Source of the DNA: a phage
Strand: one strand, 5' to 3'
Sequence record: PX930851.1
DNA length: 64,000 nt
The notes beneath the pieces are model-generated. The model made no database searches, was not told where the DNA came from, and worked only from the letters and a program-made list of their open reading frames with translations. Positions within the stretch are counted from its first letter, which is position 1; the number at the start of each line of letters is the position of its first letter. Both the position numbers and the translations under genes were made by a program. Positions 59,764-64,000 of the stretch are shown in pieces.

Positions 59764-60225
59764 TCATTGAGTTTTAATTACTGCTTTAGAAGCCTTTCCT
59801 GGTAAACGACGACTGTTGATAATTGCCATCCTACATTGAAGTGACGGGTCTTTGAACTTCTCATTAGGCTTACAAACCGTAAATCCAAGCCAAAGATTTC
59901 CATCTGTAATTTCTAAACGTCCAGGGCGATATTCAACTCCATCAATAAAATCCTCATCAATGTCAGGACGCGGAGGCATACTCAGGAATTCATTAACTTC
60001 TAAAACATGGTCTTTTATTTTATGGAATAATTCAAAAACATATGTCTCATCAATCTCCCGTTGAATTGCACGATCAAGAAGATGTTGAGAATATTTTAGA
60101 TGAAACGATGAGACTCCTGCTGCTTTTGATGCCTCACGAATCTCATTGTTAATTTGACGAAACTCCGACTCAAAATGACGACGAAGCTTATTTCGACGGA
60201 TAAAAACTTCTGTATTGATAGTCAT
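59764..60225 (-). CDS. regB: RegB endoribonuclease
   Basis: 153 aa MTINTEVFIRRNKLRRHFESEFRQINNEIREASKAAG...; early promoter upstream. Confidence 0.8.
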   Translation of the reverse strand: MTINTEVFIRRNKLRRHFESEFRQINNEIREASKAAGVSSFHLKYSQHLLDRAIQREIDETYVFELFHKIKDHVLEVNEFLSMPPRPDIDEDFIDGVEYRPGRLEITDGNLWLGFTVCKPNEKFKDPSLQCRMAIINSRRLPGKASKAVIKTQ

Positions 60226-60252
60226 GTTGTTCTCCTCTTAACTGATAGAAAA

Positions 60253-60282
60253 ATTATACCACAGTCAAGAGGAAAAGTAAAC
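60253..60282 (-). promoter_or_regulatory. T4-type early promoter for regB
   Basis: minus strand gtttac-N18-tataat preceded by tgg. Confidence 0.6.
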
Positions 60283-60284
60283 AG

Positions 60285-60605
60285 TTATTCTTTAAATCTA
60301 ATCAATTTATTCATAGACTTTGAAACTTCTGCACGAACCTCATGTAAGTTTTTAAGCTGTTCAAGACGCTGCTCATAGTAAGCAATTTCATCTTCTTCGA
60401 GACAGTCCTGTGAATCTTCTTTAAGATAACGTGCATAGTCCTGAAAAGCTTTACGGACTACTTCCTGGAAGTCATCAAGACTTTGAATTTTCTTAGGAGC
60501 GGCAGATACACGACGAGGTGCAGTATAATACTCATAACCAAACCCTGCACTTAATTGAGCCATTAGTATTTTTCCTCTGGTTGGAACACTGCACGACAAG
60601 CCCAC
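60285..60605 (-). CDS. hypothetical protein
   Basis: 106 aa. Confidence 0.45.
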   Translation of the reverse strand: MGLSCSVPTRGKILMAQLSAGFGYEYYTAPRRVSAAPKKIQSLDDFQEVVRKAFQDYARYLKEDSQDCLEEDEIAYYEQRLEQLKNLHEVRAEVSKSMNKLIRFKE

Positions 60606-60865
60606 ATACTGGCTTCTTTGAGTTTCGTTTTAGCAATAGTTAACTGATCGAGGCTTTCAGCATAATTCTTCGCGAATTCACAGTCTTCACAATTATCTAG
60701 TGCTTCCCAGAATTCATCGTATAAAGCGTCAAAGATAAGTCCCAAACGAACTTCAGCGTCTTTGATAGCATTCACTTTACCGATTTTCTCTTCAGTATGC
60801 GGCTTATAACCCTTAATATCTTCAATCATATTTAACTTCCTCACCAGTACATAAATCGTATTCAA
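60563..60865 (-). CDS. hypothetical protein
   Basis: 100 aa. Confidence 0.45.
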   Translation of the reverse strand: MNTIYVLVRKLNMIEDIKGYKPHTEEKIGKVNAIKDAEVRLGLIFDALYDEFWEALDNCEDCEFAKNYAESLDQLTIAKTKLKEASMWACRAVFQPEEKY

Positions 60866-61043
60866 CTAAACGAATAGGTTCATGAATGCCATATCCCTGA
60901 ACAGAAATTTCTGTCGTAGGATAAATTCCATCAATATCACCCATATTCCAGGCTTCATTAAATTGCTGTTCGCCTGAATTACTAAACCACTCGGCGAAAG
61001 CATTTAGTACATCTTTAGAACCTTCAATAATTATCTTTGCCAT
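60822..61043 (-). CDS. hypothetical small protein
   Basis: 73 aa. Confidence 0.4.
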   Translation of the reverse strand: MAKIIIEGSKDVLNAFAEWFSNSGEQQFNEAWNMGDIDGIYPTTEISVQGYGIHEPIRLVEYDLCTGEEVKYD

Positions 61044-61405
61044 TATAAGCTCTCAGTAAAGGTACGAGCGATAACGTCGCGCTGCTGTTCCGGAGTCAGA
61101 GAGTTAAAGCGAACTGCATAACCGGATACACGGATGGTCAGCTGCGGATATTTTTCCGGATGCTTAACTGCATCTTCCAGAGTTTCACGACGCAGAACGT
61201 TAACGTTCAGGTGTTGACCACCTTCAATTTTAACTGTAGGTTGTGTTTCAATTTCAATTTCACGGGCATGCAAACCGTAGAAAATTTCCGGGTCTACAAA
61301 AGAGTCCTCTTTAAAGGTTTTAGAGACAATAATTCGTGCTTGAATACCATCTTCAAAATAAATAGTACCTTTATGTGTGCCTTCAAGAATTTGATATGCT
61401 TTCAT
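61043..61405 (-). CDS. autonomous glycyl-radical cofactor (GrcA/YfiD-like)
   Basis: 120 aa; C-terminal half [59 protein letters not shown] with RVSGY glycine-radical motif; 3' half GC-richer. Confidence 0.8.
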   Translation of the reverse strand: MKAYQILEGTHKGTIYFEDGIQARIIVSKTFKEDSFVDPEIFYGLHAREIEIETQPTVKIEGGQHLNVNVLRRETLEDAVKHPEKYPQLTIRVSGYAVRFNSLTPEQQRDVIARTFTESL

Positions 61406-61412
61406 ATAAACC

Positions 61413-61742
61413 TCAATTAGAAAATAAATTTATCCAAGATTGTTCTTTAATTAAAAATGGCTCAGAATCATATGCCATTAAACTTTGGGTGATTAGTCCT
61501 TTAAAAGGTCCATCAATAAATTCCATGGTAAAATATGGAATTTTATTCATTAGCCGTGCATTAGGAGCAGTACATAAAACTCTGCATCCTTTGAATACAC
61601 CCTTTTGTAATTTGTATTGCTTGGGATAAAATTCGCTCAAAATGTTATTATTTGCTAAAATTTCAAAATGATTCACCAATTTATTTTTAATAGTTTTTGG
61701 CGAAAAATAGAGATATTCGAAAAGCTGTGTGTCTGTCATCAT
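61413..61742 (-). CDS. hypothetical protein
   Basis: 109 aa. Confidence 0.45.
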   Translation of the reverse strand: MMTDTQLFEYLYFSPKTIKNKLVNHFEILANNNILSEFYPKQYKLQKGVFKGCRVLCTAPNARLMNKIPYFTMEFIDGPFKGLITQSLMAYDSEPFLIKEQSWINLFSN

Positions 61743-62281
61743 TGCATTCCAATAACAAAAAATTGAGGACGAACTGTTTCACCTGTTTCAGCATTATAGC
61801 TTCGACAACAGTGTTGTACCGTTTTAATATGGATATTGTAAATCTTATCCATATCAGGAGCTTTAATAGGTTCGTCAATTATGTACAAGATACGAGAAAG
61901 CGATAACCCACGGAATTTATGACCTTCATTACCGATAAAACTACGGACAGAATCAGTAAATAAACGAAAACGTATATCATCATTAGAATAACGCGAAAAT
62001 TCCTTTTTAATGTTATTTGCAGAAATTTTAGCGTAAGCTGAAGTATTAGAAAGAACAATAACTGTTCCGCCATCATACAGCCAATTAGCAGCAAAGTTAG
62101 TCACAGCAATTGATTTACCGGATTGACGTCCACCATCTATACGAAGTGTGCAGTACTGTTTGAGCACATCTTCCATTGGTGGAAGATAATCATTCTTACA
62201 AAGTTCTTCTACTCTAGCATCAGAATGGTGTGTAAAAGCATTCATCAGGGATAGATAAGGACCAGTTAAAAATGTTCTCAT
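61739..62281 (-). CDS. small P-loop NTPase-like protein (start uncertain; alternative ATG at 62329)
   Basis: Walker A GGRQSGKS, Walker B ILYIIDEP; 180 aa from ATG at 62281. Confidence 0.45.
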   Translation of the reverse strand: MRTFLTGPYLSLMNAFTHHSDARVEELCKNDYLPPMEDVLKQYCTLRIDGGRQSGKSIAVTNFAANWLYDGGTVIVLSNTSAYAKISANNIKKEFSRYSNDDIRFRLFTDSVRSFIGNEGHKFRGLSLSRILYIIDEPIKAPDMDKIYNIHIKTVQHCCRSYNAETGETVRPQFFVIGMQ

Positions 62282-62422
62282 TTTATTCTCTCTAAGTTTG
62301 GGCCATTCCGTGGCGCATGAATTGTCCATTTCTGTATTTACCCATTACCGCACTTGGGCTCGACCTTATCACAGGTTGGCGGGAATCCCTCATAGAATCA
62401 TGAGGTCCAGGTTGTTCCCATA

Positions 62423-62896
62423 TTATTTGAACGATTTAACGTACTGAATAGAACCTTTACTATTCACAAAGGCAATTTTACCATTTTTATTATACATGGT
62501 AGCAGTACGCTGATAACCATAGGTTTGTTTACCAGATTGATAACCAACTAATGCAAAATTATCTTCACCCATTTTATTCTGTTTAGCGCGAATGCGTTCA
62601 TGACCATGTGCCATAAGAACCTTAGCATCACCAGTTGCAATGGATCGACGAGTTTTTTCATCTTCAACTGCATTAACAAAGTCGTCAAATGAATCAAATT
62701 TAGCATGAGATTTATTATACAATTTTCCATCTACTGCATAATTATATCCCTGTACATCCATCTCAACTTCTGTACCATCATCCAATACAGCAGTAATTTT
62801 TTGACCTTTTTTAAATTTCAAAAGATCAGTAAAAGATTCAGCAATAATTTGAGAATTAATAGCTGCTTCAGTGATAAATTCTTGATATGTTTTCAT
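62423..62896 (-). CDS. internal protein with capsid-targeting sequence
   Basis: 157 aa; N-terminus MKTYQEFITEA matches the T4 IP targeting sequence with I-x-E cleavage context; adjacent to denV/e. Confidence 0.6.
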   Translation of the reverse strand: MKTYQEFITEAAINSQIIAESFTDLLKFKKGQKITAVLDDGTEVEMDVQGYNYAVDGKLYNKSHAKFDSFDDFVNAVEDEKTRRSIATGDAKVLMAHGHERIRAKQNKMGEDNFALVGYQSGKQTYGYQRTATMYNKNGKIAFVNSKGSIQYVKSFK

Positions 62897-62905
62897 GGGT
62901 TTCCT

Positions 62906-63322
62906 TTAAATGTAAATATTTTTACCGTAATACTTATACCAATGTGGTTTCATTAAAATTTTTTCATCAAGTCGTTGTTGACTCAATTTAATAGCTGATT
63001 TGCATGGATTATAATCATTTTTCCATTCTATTGGAATATCGCTGATGTCAGGAACTTCAGTATCTTTTATACTGAACCCGCGTTTTAAGCATTCCGTTAT
63101 AATGTCTAATTGACGCTTTCGCAAAAATTCTAACTTATCGTAAAAGAACGTAACATGACCAGAACCTAAAATAAACTCGGAAGATATTTTAAAATCTTTA
63201 ACGCGCTTACCGTTTGCCACATGCTTACGAACTATACCAAAAACACGCGGCAATTCACGGTATTCTGCGATTAAATGTTGATCAGCAAGTTCAGATACTA
63301 AAGTCAAATTAATACGAGTCAT
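62906..63322 (-). CDS. denV: endonuclease V (pyrimidine dimer DNA glycosylase)
   Basis: 138 aa [29 protein letters not shown]...; early promoter upstream. Confidence 0.9.
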   Translation of the reverse strand: MTRINLTLVSELADQHLIAEYRELPRVFGIVRKHVANGKRVKDFKISSEFILGSGHVTFFYDKLEFLRKRQLDIITECLKRGFSIKDTEVPDISDIPIEWKNDYNPCKSAIKLSQQRLDEKILMKPHWYKYYGKNIYI

Positions 63323-63347
63323 TTTATCCCTCCAAGTAACTGTGAAT

Positions 63348-63377
63348 ATACTATCACAATTCTAGGAGAAAGTAAAC
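63348..63377 (-). promoter_or_regulatory. T4-type early promoter for denV
   Basis: minus strand gtttac-N18-tagtat. Confidence 0.5.
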
Positions 63378-63381
63378 AACT

Positions 63382-63927
<546 letters not shown>

Positions 63928-64000
63928 TCATTATTCGGTAAAGTGAAGGACCCATCACATATTGCCACTGAGTACGAGGAATAAGAGCAAAAGCATCCAT

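Noticed and set aside
62282-62422. tRNA gene in the GC-rich segment
   Set aside because: No GTTCGAATC-type T-loop or cloverleaf could be assembled on either strand; kept only as an unexplained structured element.
7005-62730. Minus-strand alternative-frame ORFs inside larger genes (7005..7196, 14505..14714, 16100..16336, 23014..23214, 25535..25720, 26741..26932, 33037..33300, 35129..35350, 58004..58189, 61879..62094, 62548..62730)
   Set aside because: Embedded in a different frame within longer, better-supported ORFs; no independent start signals.
5229-62956. Other plus-strand track ORFs (e.g. 5229..5441, 6381..6957, 9953..10177, 21291..21488, 30471..30887, 32883..33266, 47451..47873, 61160..61906, 62705..62956)
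   Set aside because: All overlap minus-strand genes with recognisable products or coupled neighbours; translated products are low-complexity antisense reads.

Overview
This window is a T4-like (T-even, Tequatrovirus-type) phage genome segment running from rIIA to lysozyme e. It is AT-rich and densely packed, with essentially every gene on the minus strand (transcription runs from high to low coordinates). It carries the early/middle replication, recombination and nucleotide-metabolism core: fused topoisomerase 39, dexA, dda, modA/modB, soc, 56, 61, dmd, 41, uvsX, 42, imm, 43, regA, 62/44/45, rpbA, 46/47, alpha-gt, 55, nrdH/G/D, 49, nrdC, rI, tk, regB, denV and e. Between these lie many small accessory ORFs. 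Regulatory signals are typical T4: 15 early promoters (GTTTAC-N18-TATAAT-like), two exact late promoters (TATAAATA), MotA-box middle-promoter candidates, and many UUCG-type tetraloop hairpins. Differences from T4 as I recall it, judged by position and length only: topoisomerase gene unsplit, nrdD intronless, no dam, no homing endonucleases, a DxD-motif glycosyltransferase at the beta-gt position, and a single internal-protein gene. The best candidates for something undescribed are a promoter-to-terminator five-gene unit encoding a Pol-beta-type nucleotidyltransferase, an adjacent unit with a P-loop ATPase, two ORFs with capsid-targeting-sequence N-termini, a lone plus-strand membrane ORF, and a tandem paralog array after nrdC. 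All calls rest on reading the sequence and recalled T4 knowledge; no database search was run.
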